Below the pieces are notes generated by a model. That model worked only from the letters and a program-made list of their open reading frames with translations. It made no database searches and was not told the DNA's origin. Positions 20,934 through 30,362 of a stretch of 64,000 nt of DNA are shown here, in pieces; positions within the stretch are counted from its first letter, which is position 1; each line of letters opens with the position of its first letter. The DNA comes from a virus (lineage: Duplodnaviria; Caudoviricetes), in IMG/VR virus record IMGVR_UViG_3300036823_000091, positions 489 to 64,488 of that record. One strand, 5' to 3'. A program made the translations under genes and the position numbers.

Positions 20934-22621
20934 CCATCCACCCCACTTTCAAACCAATTACCCTCATCCTCATTGATAGATTTATGATTCGCTTGGAACA
21001 CAGACGGGTATTGAGTACCATCTGCTACTTCTTGTTCCATGGAAGTATCACCATCATCATCCATAGACCAAATCATAGAACCGGATGGATTTACGATATC
21101 ATCAGCAGCCATGGAAAAAGTGTCAACAATATCATCATGAGCTGCCATGGGGAATAAAAGCAACTCTGTTTCCATGTCATTCTGATAAGAGACACCTTTA
21201 CGGAAATAGATTTTTCCATTTTCCATCCATATAGATGCCATAGAGGCACGTGCCTTTTTATCTCCCTTGCCAGTAGTATTATATTCACGACATGGAACAC
21301 CTTCAATAAGAGCTTGCTGGACTAATGCTACTTGGTAGGCGGTGCTTTCAATTTTAAAATAGATACCTCTATATTGAAGATTTAAAAGACGCAATTGCTT
21401 TAATTGATCAGGATTATTAATGTGACCTCGAATCATGTCAATGAGAACAAGGTCACGTTCTGGAGTAACGGCCCATATGGAGAAGACGGTAAAATCAGCG
21501 GTTTGCTTTTTACTAATTGCCAAGTCAACCGTTGAAAATATCCTACATCGCTCTTTGAGGATTGAACGTGTTCCCTCTGGAGTCTCTAGGATGTATGCCT
21601 CTTCAGTTTCAGTAAAGTACCGGAACCATTTCTTATTAAATTGCGTGCCGCCTGAAGGAGCTGGTGACTGTTGGTATTGAGCTGCATACCCAATACTGCC
21701 AAGATCTCTCTTGTATCGTGCAATTGTCTCCTGATTAAAGCGTTCAGGACATAATAATTCGCCTTCTTTAGTTCTGGGATCTTCCCAACCTATGGAGGTG
21801 AAACACTTTCTTGCAGGTTCAAATTCAGCAGGAAGATTAAGGTGTACCCAATCAGGCCTTTCAGACAAGATAATACCTGAAACATCCTCTTCATGAATGC
21901 GTTGTCCTATAACCATCATTTTGTCATGGTTAGCATCATTCATGCGGTTCGACCATGTTTCTCTAAACCACCGTGTTGCTGCATCTCTATCTGCACTGCC
22001 ATATGCCTCATCAGCAGCATGAGCATCATCTATAATTAAAACACTGCCACCATGTCCTGTAGCACTTGCCGCAACAGAGGTAACCATTTGATACCCTAAC
22101 TTATCATTCATAAAAAATCGTTTTGCGTTTTGTTCTTTACTTAGATCAAAGTCAGGTTCTCTAGTAAATTCCATCAACCCCGTATCGGTCGCCAATGTAA
22201 AACTTTGTCCATATCTCTCCTGAAACCATTGTGAGTCAATAAGGTTACGTTTCTTGAGATTGTCCCTAGTAGCTAAATCCAAGCTATAAGAAGCAGAGAG
22301 AAACCTTTCATCAGGTTTTTGCAACCATCCCCACACAGGCCATATGACACTGCATATAGTGCTTTTTGAATGTCTAGGAGGAATATTGATTAATAGAAAC
22401 CGTATTTTCCCTAGTGATAATGCGGTTAAATGTTCACAAATAGCGTCAAGATACCAACTGCCAATAAAAGGTGCAGGATCAACATATTTCCACGCGCCTA
22501 TAACAAATTGCTTGAGATCACGTCTCATCTCTTCAGCTTCAGCAATCATTAGGAGAGTATCAGCAAGTTTTTGATTCTGAGTAGCTGGAATAGAGGGAAC
22601 TGCATATCTAGGCATGAGCAT
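20924..22621 (-). CDS. terL: Terminase large subunit
   Basis: INIPPRHSKS (Walker A), LIIDD (Walker B), QRIHE.D, HDDIVD nuclease motif. Confidence 0.95.
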   Translation of the reverse strand: MLMPRYAVPSIPATQNQKLADTLLMIAEAEEMRRDLKQFVIGAWKYVDPAPFIGSWYLDAICEHLTALSLGKIRFLLINIPPRHSKSTICSVIWPVWGWLQKPDERFLSASYSLDLATRDNLKKRNLIDSQWFQERYGQSFTLATDTGLMEFTREPDFDLSKEQNAKRFFMNDKLGYQMVTSVAASATGHGGSVLIIDDAHAADEAYGSADRDAATRWFRETWSNRMNDANHDKMMVIGQRIHEEDVSGIILSERPDWVHLNLPAEFEPARKCFTSIGWEDPRTKEGELLCPERFNQETIARYKRDLGSIGYAAQYQQSPAPSGGTQFNKKWFRYFTETEEAYILETPEGTRSILKERCRIFSTVDLAISKKQTADFTVFSIWAVTPERDLVLIDMIRGHINNPDQLKQLRLLNLQYRGIYFKIESTAYQVALVQQALIEGVPCREYNTTGKGDKKARASMASIWMENGKIYFRKGVSYQNDMETELLLFPMAAHDDIVDTFSMAADDIVNPSGSMIWSMDDDGDTSMEQEVADGTQYPSVFQANHKSINEDEGNWFESGVDGWE

Positions 22622-23216
22622 TGCCCTCCTTCAATCGGAGGGCAAACGACTTCATTTCTGCAAGCTGAGCAGGTGCTAGGGAACGGGTATCAATGGTCAA
22701 AGTAGTGGAATTGACTAATTGAATATTAGTATTAATTTCTGTTTCTGGTGATTGGTATTCAGAGAGATTCGCTTTAGCGTAGGCAATGGCTAGAGTATCG
22801 CTGTACTTACGAACCATCACAGGGTTCGTCTTACGCATGAGAGGCTTTCCACGCTTGTCGTACTTTTGATCTCCATTGTCATCAGTAGCAGGTTCTTCTT
22901 CATAGACAATCTGCCCTTGGCTTACCATCGGTTCTAGCCACCCGATAACACCACGTCGGTAAATCGAGCTACGAGCTATATCCTTTGTTCGTTCTAGAGA
23001 CTCGTCCCACTGCTTAGCAAATTTAGGATCTGCTTCACGCCACTTGTATACAGCCTCACGAGACATATCAATATGCTCACAAGCAAAAGAGACATTAGGA
23101 TCTTCACGAAGAAATGCTATAAACTTTTCCTTCGCTTCCTTACGTGCTTGCGCTCTGCTTAACGCACGTGTATGATTGTCAACTTTGTCAACTTGCAAGC
23201 TTGTCTCTTGTCTCAA
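22608..23216 (-). CDS. terS: Terminase small subunit
   Basis: N-terminal HTH (VSFAC...SREAVYKWR..DPKF), KYSDTL motif, directly upstream of terL. Confidence 0.75.
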   Translation of the reverse strand: MRQETSLQVDKVDNHTRALSRAQARKEAKEKFIAFLREDPNVSFACEHIDMSREAVYKWREADPKFAKQWDESLERTKDIARSSIYRRGVIGWLEPMVSQGQIVYEEEPATDDNGDQKYDKRGKPLMRKTNPVMVRKYSDTLAIAYAKANLSEYQSPETEINTNIQLVNSTTLTIDTRSLAPAQLAEMKSFALRLKEGNAHA

Positions 23217-23226
23217 GAATAGACTC

Positions 23227-23451
23227 CTAGTCCCCTAAGTGTCTCCAGCTATGCTGCACACCATCTGCATGCCAAGGCACATCCTCAAGTGTCTTTGCCT
23301 CACCATCAATCTCAGTCTCTAGTGTTGCATGGTGGGACCCGTTCTTAGGTTCAACATGTTTAATGGTAGCCTTGTGCTTCCCCTTATAAGGATCAGTGTA
23401 CTCAACTACATCCTCTACATCTGTCTGCTTCCCGTCAATCTCGTATGGCAT
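23227..23451 (-). CDS. Hypothetical protein
   Basis: GAGGG RBS, co-oriented. Confidence 0.55.
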   Translation of the reverse strand: MPYEIDGKQTDVEDVVEYTDPYKGKHKATIKHVEPKNGSHHATLETEIDGEAKTLEDVPWHADGVQHSWRHLGD

Positions 23452-23462
23452 ATATCCCTCTT

Positions 23463-23708
23463 TTACTGTGATTGGCTAGTCTCTTCTACTGGTGAAACAA
23501 GAATGTCAAACTGCCGATTGATAGGAGCATTCAAGAACACTTGTGCAGCAGCAGGGTTGACGATGAGCATTTGAATAGTCCCTTGTGGTGTAGCTGGCCC
23601 AAATGGCTCACCTTGTACAGGCGCTAATGTGATATTGGTTGCTTCAGTGTTTCCGTAGGGTACTCTTCTTACCTCTTGTAAGAAAAATCTTGCTCTCACC
23701 GATGACAT
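23463..23708 (-). CDS. Hypothetical phage protein (VRARF..ATPQG.I...I.NPAA)
   Basis: AGGAG RBS, first gene after terminator copy B. Confidence 0.6.
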   Translation of the reverse strand: MSSVRARFFLQEVRRVPYGNTEATNITLAPVQGEPFGPATPQGTIQMLIVNPAAAQVFLNAPINRQFDILVSPVEETSQSQ

Positions 23709-23733
23709 ATATTCTCTCCTGCTTCAGAACAAT

Positions 23734-23800
23734 AAAAACCGGACATCTTCCCTCGTTCATATTGATTGAAGGAAAATGCCCGGGCGTTGCGCCTATCTTG
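23734..23800 (-). terminator. Intrinsic terminator preceded by the AGAY-stem-loop-CRGG motif (copy B)
   Basis: CAAGAT A GGCG-CAA-CGCC CGGGCATTTTCCTTC...GAGGGAAGATGTCCGG TTTTT. Confidence 0.7.
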
Positions 23801-23827
23801 GCATTGAAATATTCTATTGTGTAAGAG

Positions 23828-24014
23828 TGGAAAGGTGAGGATTTGCACCTCACATGGATTATGGATAGGCGTGTGCCGACGCCTGCGTTTTACTCCCTAC
23901 TCCTGTGTGCTCACGACCTTGGCTAATGTCAGTTACTCAAAGAGTAGGTTTTCCCCAGCGGCAACCTGTAGAGACTCCATAATCTGATTAGTATTCCCTT
24001 TTCTACCACTCTCC
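23828..24014 (-). ncRNA. tRNA-like structured RNA (about 187 nt)
   Basis: Acceptor-like GGAGAG/CTTTCC-A, T-arm GTGAGG-TGCAAAT-CCTCAC, 9-bp helix GATTATGGA/TCCATAATC enclosing about 110 nt with further hairpins. Confidence 0.55.
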
Positions 24015-24104
24015 ATAATCTGAGTCCTATTCCAGAACACCGGCAGTCATACGACTACCCCTGAACAGAGTTCTCAAAATGTTCCGAATATACTCACTAC
24101 ATCA

Positions 24105-24133
24105 ACTATAGCACACACCCAAAACATAATCAA
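24105..24133 (-). promoter_or_regulatory. Sigma70-type promoter for the ncRNA and late operon
   Basis: TTGATT-17 nt-TATAGT with extended -10 TG. Confidence 0.6.
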
Positions 24134-24158
24134 GTGTCAAGAGGACAAGTGGACAAAA

Positions 24159-24341
24159 TTACGCTTTTGCTGCTGCTTGTTTCCGTTTCTGTCTAGCTCT
24201 TGCTCTTGCTCGCTTCCAGCCACGCTTCGATACAGCTTTTAAGCTGATGAGTCTTTGTCTCTCACCACGTTCTTGTTGTTCTTTCTTGTGCTTATTGTGT
24301 GATAGCGTCAATTTACAATCTCCTTCCACGCTTTGTCTCAC
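24159..24341 (-). CDS. Small basic hypothetical protein
   Basis: Last ORF of the 24-31.7 kb operon, Arg/Lys-rich. Start uncertain. Confidence 0.35.
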   Translation of the reverse strand: MRQSVEGDCKLTLSHNKHKKEQQERGERQRLISLKAVSKRGWKRARARARQKRKQAAAKA

Positions 24342-24606
24342 TCATAATACACATTTCACCATCTGAGCTAAGCATTACATCACAAAGCAATTCTTTAGTG
24401 TGTTCTGCATTTATACCATCCACGCTAAATTCCACTGTGTTTCTCCCTAGCACAAGAGATGTACTACCTAAAGGCTTAAGATATTCCGTCTCTGAAGAAT
24501 TATCGACACGGATAACTTGATACTCTGGATACTCCTTCTCAACAAATTCACGTACCTGTTGATGTATGTCTTCAAGTTGCTTAAAGATTGCTAGTTGATT
24601 GATCAT
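24313..24606 (-). CDS. Hypothetical protein
   Basis: GAGGAG RBS, tightly packed operon. Confidence 0.55.
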   Translation of the reverse strand: MINQLAIFKQLEDIHQQVREFVEKEYPEYQVIRVDNSSETEYLKPLGSTSLVLGRNTVEFSVDGINAEHTKELLCDVMLSSDGEMCIMSETKRGRRL

Positions 24607-24966
24607 TTAATTCTCCTCTGTGAATATGCTACTTGTTGTCCATTTCTTTTTGTGTTCAATACATTTACTCATCTGATCCAAAGTCATCTTCTGAACAAAA
24701 CCGTCTGTACTGCCACTTGCAGAAATGTCACTCCAATTCATCCAATCCTCTACAATATCAGCAGGACCTTGATGTATCACGGCGCTTGCTTCGATATCAT
24801 GTATCATATAGCTGAATTCAAAGTCTCTCTGCAATCTCATTGTGCATACTTTTACTTCTAATGCGTTACTGAAACGTGTAACTCTAAAGGCTCCAATGAC
24901 ATCATCAGGACTGAAGACTTTCACCATTTCCTCGTATTCAGCTTTTGTTGGGCCTTTGCTGTCCAT
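24607..24966 (-). CDS. Hypothetical protein
   Basis: Probable start MDSKG just after the DUF3307 stop. Confidence 0.5.
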   Translation of the reverse strand: MDSKGPTKAEYEEMVKVFSPDDVIGAFRVTRFSNALEVKVCTMRLQRDFEFSYMIHDIEASAVIHQGPADIVEDWMNWSDISASGSTDGFVQKMTLDQMSKCIEHKKKWTTSSIFTEEN

Positions 24967-24980
24967 CTCTATGACCTTTC

Positions 24981-25283
24981 TTAATGTATGAACATTAGAA
25001 TAATCACTATAGTTAGAATATGCAAAAGCTGATCTAGCCAAATCCATGGGATTATATGATATCGTGATTTGAGTGCATCCACAATAAAGTGAGGAACAAA
25101 CAAGGCAAGAGCTTGCCAAGGAGTCACATGTGCAAAGAGCAAGAATACCCCTGTATATTCAGCACAATGGTAAAAGAGATGCTCCCATGATTTACCCTTC
25201 ATGTCACTCAAGTACTGCCCTTGTAGTGGGAAATCTGCTAAGAAGTGACATGCACACCAAATAAGAAAAACAGAAAGAGTCAT
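24981..25283 (-). CDS. DUF3307-like membrane protein
   Basis: HFLADFPLQ..K, H..Y, HF.VD..K, DQLLH motifs. Confidence 0.75.
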   Translation of the reverse strand: MTLSVFLIWCACHFLADFPLQGQYLSDMKGKSWEHLFYHCAEYTGVFLLFAHVTPWQALALFVPHFIVDALKSRYHIIPWIWLDQLLHILTIVIILMFIH

Positions 25284-25714
25284 CTATTTACCTCTGCAAC
25301 TTTTTTGCACTCAAAACAATTTCTGACTCTGCCTCTTTGCCAATCCTCTTTGGTGTATGGCTCACGATGTGGCATTGTTGCAGGCTTTTCTATGCCAGCA
25401 TAGGCTATTTGTTGCCAGAAACTACCATAATCAGTGTAGCCAGTGAACTGCTCAGGATACCGCTTATTGATCTCAGCAGTCACCTCAGACGGTCTCTCAA
25501 ACGGGACTGGTGGAAGGACAGATGATGCAGGACTCATGTGTACAGTTCCATGTTGGAGCACCTCTAATTCAGAAGCATCATGATGGCCTGCACTATCAAT
25601 CATGTACATTCCAGCAAGGAAATGAGGTTGCTCTTTCTTCTCAAGCATCTCCTGAGTTGCCACATATGCGCCCCAATAACCATCAGTTGCTACTAATGTT
25701 GCTAGCATTTGCAT
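25280..25714 (-). CDS. Hypothetical protein
   Basis: Coupled ORF in operon. Confidence 0.55.
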   Translation of the reverse strand: MQMLATLVATDGYWGAYVATQEMLEKKEQPHFLAGMYMIDSAGHHDASELEVLQHGTVHMSPASSVLPPVPFERPSEVTAEINKRYPEQFTGYTDYGSFWQQIAYAGIEKPATMPHREPYTKEDWQRGRVRNCFECKKVAEVNR

Positions 25715-26138
25715 TTCCTTCCATCTTCACTGCAAAATCTTTCATCTTATCCTTGCAATAGCTTTTAACCATGTCAATGATCTCACTATTTTTTAGCTTT
25801 TTCCCTTCTAAGTCCTCGCATGCTTGTTTAATACTCATCCATTCGTCAACGGGAAAGTTTAGATAGAGATCACACGAACCTCTAAGCTTAGGCGTGATAG
25901 TTACTCTCTTGAATTCGTGATCATCAGGATGAGACTCTACTTTACACTCAAGATACATTTCTGGAAATTTTCCATCTGGGAAAAGGGGTACCTCATCTGA
26001 CTCTACCGTAAAATTCACCACTTCAGTTAAAAACCCGTGTTTGTTATCCTGTTCAGCTTTTACAAGTTTATAGCCTTCTGGAAGCATGAGCACATCTTTG
26101 ATTGTTAATAGGTCTAGTGGCAAAATTGCTCTACCCAT
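25683..26138 (-). CDS. Hypothetical protein
   Basis: Coupled ORF in operon. Confidence 0.55.
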   Translation of the reverse strand: MGRAILPLDLLTIKDVLMLPEGYKLVKAEQDNKHGFLTEVVNFTVESDEVPLFPDGKFPEMYLECKVESHPDDHEFKRVTITPKLRGSCDLYLNFPVDEWMSIKQACEDLEGKKLKNSEIIDMVKSYCKDKMKDFAVKMEGNANASNISSN

Positions 26139-26554
26139 TATGTTACATCTCCTTCTTTGCCTGTATATTCCATATTCACTTTAAGCTTATATATTGCCTC
26201 TTCGTACTGCTTCAGGTTTTTCTCTTTCCACTCAATAGAGCTTTTGTAGCTCGCAATATCCTTACGGCATTCTGCTGCTTCAGCTTCATACTCTCTCAAC
26301 TTTTCTTGTTCGTTCTGTCCCCCAAGGATATATTTTCTTGCCCATCCTTCAGGATCTTCTAGGTATGCCTTGATATCCTTGAACACTTGACCTTGTATGA
26401 TGTCTTTGTCAGTTCCCCCATAAGGTACCGTGATTTTCTTGCCATTGGTATCAGGAGAGGATAGGGTAACAGCACATTTTATGGTGTAATCCCCATCGTA
26501 CCAAGACTCATCTTGATCTATGTGTATATCTACTTCAGTTTCTTCTACACTCAT
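26138..26554 (-). CDS. Hypothetical coiled-coil protein
   Basis: Coupled ORF, GAGGAG RBS. Confidence 0.55.
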   Translation of the reverse strand: MSVEETEVDIHIDQDESWYDGDYTIKCAVTLSSPDTNGKKITVPYGGTDKDIIQGQVFKDIKAYLEDPEGWARKYILGGQNEQEKLREYEAEAAECRKDIASYKSSIEWKEKNLKQYEEAIYKLKVNMEYTGKEGDVT

Positions 26555-26555
26555 G

Positions 26556-26792
26556 CTAATTCTCCTCTATCTCTTGCTTCCAGCCACACCAGCATTTATG
26601 TGACTTGGTATGAGTAAATTCATGCCCATTGCTACATTTCAGGTCCTCAGTATGGCGATTTGTATCATGATAGTGATGCTTACCTTCACTATCATAAAAA
26701 GGTGATATAAATACTGCCGTAACCATGCCACCTGGAAGGATATCGATCCGTTCTGGAGCTAATCCTTGCTTCTCACATTCTGGACATTTCAC
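26556..26792 (-). CDS. Small Cys/His-rich protein
   Basis: CPEC..C..GH..CWC. Confidence 0.55.
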   Translation of the reverse strand: MKCPECEKQGLAPERIDILPGGMVTAVFISPFYDSEGKHHYHDTNRHTEDLKCSNGHEFTHTKSHKCWCGWKQEIEEN

Positions 26793-26795
26793 ATC

Positions 26796-27125
26796 TCACC
26801 TCAATATCCATACAAGAACAAGTGGAATAGCAACAATAATCGCAATAGTAGCTACACCAGCAAGAGCAGCCACCATTCTGTAAAAGTGATGAACAGCCAT
26901 CACACTATCAAATGCCTCGTTTAAGCTTATCGGTGATACTGTATCACTAATCAATGCTTTATCAACAGAAGGCACTAATGGAGCAGGATGGTCATTGTAC
27001 TCTTGCCAGATAAGTCCCTCATCTTTGGGCTTGGCTTTGGGCTCATAGCAGACAACGGAATGCTCTTCTTGTTGTGATTCAAGAGACTTCATAAGGGAGA
27101 TGAAAGCTTGATTGCTTTGGCCCAT
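26796..27125 (-). CDS. Hypothetical membrane protein
   Basis: C-terminal hydrophobic helix. Confidence 0.55.
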   Translation of the reverse strand: MGQSNQAFISLMKSLESQQEEHSVVCYEPKAKPKDEGLIWQEYNDHPAPLVPSVDKALISDTVSPISLNEAFDSVMAVHHFYRMVAALAGVATIAIIVAIPLVLVWILR

Positions 27126-27126
27126 A

Positions 27127-27363
27127 CTATTTCCTCACACCTGTCTTAGCCTTTATCTGCTTTACCATCTCCTCTGAAACATCTCTTGCTATTTCTTTTC
27201 TCATATTGCGAACTTCACTCTTTACCTCATGTCTAATCGTGTATTGAAATCCCTCCATAGCCTTGTTAACAGTCTTCTGTATCATCTCTTGAATGGCTTC
27301 CAAGAGAGCATCCATACCCGCAGGCTCTTTTTCAGACCGTTCTTCTTTTACTTCGTAATCCAT
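27127..27363 (-). CDS. Hypothetical protein
   Basis: GAGGA RBS. Confidence 0.5.
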   Translation of the reverse strand: MDYEVKEERSEKEPAGMDALLEAIQEMIQKTVNKAMEGFQYTIRHEVKSEVRNMRKEIARDVSEEMVKQIKAKTGVRK

Positions 27364-27368
27364 GATAT

Positions 27369-28394
27369 TTATCCTCTTAAGCCCGTAATACTAACAAGAC
27401 TCCAGCCGCTTTTGAGATTGATACAGCGTTTTTGGGCAAACTCCTCTACAGTCTTTCTTGATTCGTTTTCCAGCACCATACTACTGTGCTCACGTACATC
27501 CCAAGAGTTTTTCATCACATTGCATGATATTCTAAAGTTTCCAGCATGAGAAGCTGTGAACACTCTACCAAAGTGCTGCAAAACTGCTCTACCTATCACA
27601 TCAAAAAGTGCTGTACTCTCCTCTTGCTTCTTGGGAGATTTGAGCTTATCAATGAGTTCAGAAAGGCTTTGTGCTCTTGCCCATGTTGCATCATCAGGCT
27701 CAGCAGGATACCAACCTTTGAAAATATCGATATCATGCATATCTACAATGTCATCAGTGTGTCTGTGCATACCTATACATTCTTTGCTCTTAAAGATGAT
27801 ATAACGAGCTTGATGAGCAACATGGCATCTAACTACAATATCTCCATTAGTGATTACTGCTGGTGAATAGTATCCTTGTACTTTTCTTGCCTCTTCAATA
27901 GCATCAACAAAGGAGTGAGTCTTCTGCTTCTTGACAGTCTCTTTATTGATGAAATCCTCATAGACACGATTTAGTAGAGGATATGCCCTATCCCCAAGTT
28001 CTATCTCCCTTGGAAATGTCTCTACATACTCAAGAAGCAGTGCGTACATGTCTTTTACGCAATCATCACTGTTTACAGGAGGTTTGGAGTGTTTGTTTTC
28101 TACCTTGCCTAGTACAGTTTCTTTGAATGCTCTCTTGCCTTCTTCAGTCAAATGAACATTTATCGCAATGCTCTGATTTTGCGCCTCTCGTATCTTTTGT
28201 GTGAACTGCTTTCCGTCCATGTATATACCTGATTGATTTGGGCGTTCCTCTGCTTTGATAGTGCAACATCCTTCACTGCCACTTATAGGATAGGAGAAAT
28301 CCCACTTAGGAGCTTCAAACAGCACTCTAGAGCCATTAGCTAACAGTACTTCACCTTTGAGAGGCCCGTATGGAGAGAGATTAGTTATTGCCAT
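27369..28394 (-). CDS. Hypothetical protein
   Basis: Long ORF, AGGAGG RBS before MAITNL. Confidence 0.6.
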   Translation of the reverse strand: MAITNLSPYGPLKGEVLLANGSRVLFEAPKWDFSYPISGSEGCCTIKAEERPNQSGIYMDGKQFTQKIREAQNQSIAINVHLTEEGKRAFKETVLGKVENKHSKPPVNSDDCVKDMYALLLEYVETFPREIELGDRAYPLLNRVYEDFINKETVKKQKTHSFVDAIEEARKVQGYYSPAVITNGDIVVRCHVAHQARYIIFKSKECIGMHRHTDDIVDMHDIDIFKGWYPAEPDDATWARAQSLSELIDKLKSPKKQEESTALFDVIGRAVLQHFGRVFTASHAGNFRISCNVMKNSWDVREHSSMVLENESRKTVEEFAQKRCINLKSGWSLVSITGLRG

Positions 28395-28614
28395 GTGTCT
28401 CCTCCTTGAAGAGAACAATCTTGTCTTCAGGCTTGACCTGTATCATCTTCCCACAGCCATTAGGGCAGGGAACAATCTGCTCTGTAAATTGCACGGGAGG
28501 ATTTTTGCCAGCATTCCTAACAGCTTGTCCAAGATTTTCAAACAACGTAGCAAATGCATTTACTATTGACACATCTTGCCATTTGTGGCACTTTTCGCAT
28601 ATATATAGGAGCAT
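28381..28614 (-). CDS. Zinc-ribbon protein
   Basis: CEKC...CPNGCG. Confidence 0.55.
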   Translation of the reverse strand: MLLYICEKCHKWQDVSIVNAFATLFENLGQAVRNAGKNPPVQFTEQIVPCPNGCGKMIQVKPEDKIVLFKEETHGNN

Positions 28615-29265
28615 TTAGTCTCCTCCATCAAAGAAACTAAAGCTTTGACCACTTCCACCTCTAGTAGTTCTTGATGTTGCATGAGCTACATTATCAAACG
28701 TTCGTGATGTATCACTGCTAGCATAGCTCATCGTGTTACCTTGCGATATCCCTAAATCACCTGCGATAGACCATGCATCCTGATCAGCTCCAAGGTAAAC
28801 GAATGTCCAGTTTTTAGCAGCTTCTCTTTCCTTAATGCCAGTGATAACGTGCTCTTTCTTGTATTCCTTTGATGCATTTTCGTAGCCATCGGTCATGATA
28901 ATCATTATCACGGGATTTTCACCGTATGGTTTGTCAGGAGTACTCCAGCTCTCTTTAGCAACTGAGAAGCCATGACCTATAGCATCATAGAGAGCTGTAG
29001 TATCCATAGGAGTGTAATTCTTGTCTGTAAGTTGAGGGACTTCCTCCAGAGACAAGTTAGCAAACAGAGGTCTTACCTTTGTACCGAACTTGATAGCAGT
29101 TAGGCTATACTTGTTCCCATCTCCTTTGAGCTTCTCAACATAGGAGTTAAATCCTCCACGTACATCCTTAGCTGCTGTGGACATCGAACCTGACTCATCG
29201 ATGATGAAAATCACGTTCGTTTGCTTGACTGCTGGAGTCTTCTTTGTCTTTTTAGTTGTTGCCAT
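28615..29265 (-). CDS. von Willebrand factor A domain protein
   Basis: MIDAS motif DESGSM, T.LYDAIG, TDG.EN.S.EY. Confidence 0.9.
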   Translation of the reverse strand: MATTKKTKKTPAVKQTNVIFIIDESGSMSTAAKDVRGGFNSYVEKLKGDGNKYSLTAIKFGTKVRPLFANLSLEEVPQLTDKNYTPMDTTALYDAIGHGFSVAKESWSTPDKPYGENPVIMIIMTDGYENASKEYKKEHVITGIKEREAAKNWTFVYLGADQDAWSIAGDLGISQGNTMSYASSDTSRTFDNVAHATSRTTRGGSGQSFSFFDGGD

Positions 29266-29266
29266 G

Positions 29267-29704
29267 TTACCAGTTACCTTCCTTTATCTTTTTGTCTAGC
29301 TGTACATTCTGCTCACGTAACATCCTATCAGCTAGCAAGACTTCTGGTTTTTCGCCTACTGTGTAATCCCCTACTACCTCTTCATAAGTTGCAATAAATA
29401 CATCTGGTTTACATGGATACATCTCTTGTTTAATTCCTGTAATCACCCAATCACCAGGACAGACGATGTGTCCACCTTCTAGAGTGTCAATCCAGCCATG
29501 ATTATGCATTCGTATCTTGCAATGCTCACACAAACGGCCTCCATCCCCGTCTGGAGTGCGATAGTATCGAACAACTTTTCCCTCGCTCATGAAACCCGTT
29601 CCCTCGTCTGAAGCAATCGGGTAACAGGCGTCTTGTGGATGGTCTCCATTCTTGAACCATTGATTTGCCTCTATAACAATTGGCTTTTTGCGAAATTTGG
29701 GCAT
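29267..29704 (-). CDS. Conserved phage protein (TLEG..PGDW..YPCKPD family)
   Basis: KFRKKP..IEA.QW and TLEG/PGDW motifs. Confidence 0.75.
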   Translation of the reverse strand: MPKFRKKPIVIEANQWFKNGDHPQDACYPIASDEGTGFMSEGKVVRYYRTPDGDGGRLCEHCKIRMHNHGWIDTLEGGHIVCPGDWVITGIKQEMYPCKPDVFIATYEEVVGDYTVGEKPEVLLADRMLREQNVQLDKKIKEGNW

Positions 29705-29705
29705 A

Positions 29706-29903
29706 CTATTCCTCTTCCTCTAATCTCTCTATCAACTCCTCTAGTGCATCAGCTTTAGCCTCACGCCTTGATGCTATTATCGCCAGTTCACTTATACGTT
29801 GTGCATAGACAGACTTAAGCGCCTGTTCTAGCGTTTCACTGGCTTTCCTGTTCCACTTGGCTTTTAGCTCTTCAGCAATCTTAATCACACGCTGTTTTTC
29901 CAT
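29706..29903 (-). CDS. Hypothetical protein
   Basis: AAGGAG RBS. Confidence 0.5.
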   Translation of the reverse strand: MEKQRVIKIAEELKAKWNRKASETLEQALKSVYAQRISELAIIASRREAKADALEELIERLEEEE

Positions 29904-30084
29904 ACATCTCCTTCAAAACGCTTGCAAAAGCTGCATCATACTCTTCTTGACTCGCATGCTTGCTTGGGACACCCAACATAGAAGGAGTAATAGCAAACAT
30001 GCTCACAATGTCTCTGGTGTTCTGATCTCTTGCTTCCTGAAATGCTTTGTCCTGTTCGGATAACTCAAGAGGTTTCCATTCCAT
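29881..30084 (-). CDS. Hypothetical protein
   Basis: TGATG-coupled start MEWKPL. Confidence 0.45.
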   Translation of the reverse strand: MEWKPLELSEQDKAFQEARDQNTRDIVSMFAITPSMLGVPSKHASQEEYDAAFASVLKEMYGKTACD

Positions 30085-30254
30085 CAATGTGCTCCGAACA
30101 ATACAAAGATACCTAATAGAGCTATAAGTGCCAAGAGGCCATATATTATAGATCTCCATACATTACGAGCCACTATTGCACTAATAGCAATATCTCCTGA
30201 ACGAATGAGAACAAACAGGAGAAGGATGAATGTAGGTTGTAGTATTGTTGACAT
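30084..30254 (-). CDS. Small two-TM protein (56 aa, below the ORF-track cutoff)
   Basis: MSTILQPTFILLLFVLIRSG...IIYGLLALIALLGIFVLFGAH, coupled to the next ORF. Confidence 0.5.
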   Translation of the reverse strand: MSTILQPTFILLLFVLIRSGDIAISAIVARNVWRSIIYGLLALIALLGIFVLFGAH

Positions 30255-30266
30255 GTTGTTCCCTTT

Positions 30267-30359
30267 CTAAGGCGTATCAATCCATTTCAAGATAACAATG
30301 GTTATGCAAATGAGCCCTATGACAATCACAGTAGCCCAGGACCCATCAAGAGCAGGCAT
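30267..30359 (-). CDS. 30-aa single-TM peptide
   Basis: MPALDGSWATVIVIGLICITIVILKWIDTP fills a gap in the operon. Confidence 0.35.
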   Translation of the reverse strand: MPALDGSWATVIVIGLICITIVILKWIDTP

Positions 30360-30362
30360 ATG

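Noticed and set aside
2322-22574. Many short plus-strand ORFs across the structural module
   Set aside because: They are antisense shadows of well-supported minus-strand genes, with no recognisable motifs.
23828-24014. Canonical tRNA or tmRNA
   Set aside because: No 7-nt anticodon loop, no G3:U70 pair, no recognisable tag reading frame, and much shorter than tmRNA. Kept only as a tRNA-like RNA.
30084-30359. Small TM genes as a holin/lysis cassette
   Set aside because: No endolysin is adjacent or recognisable in the window. Lysis genes probably lie beyond the left edge.
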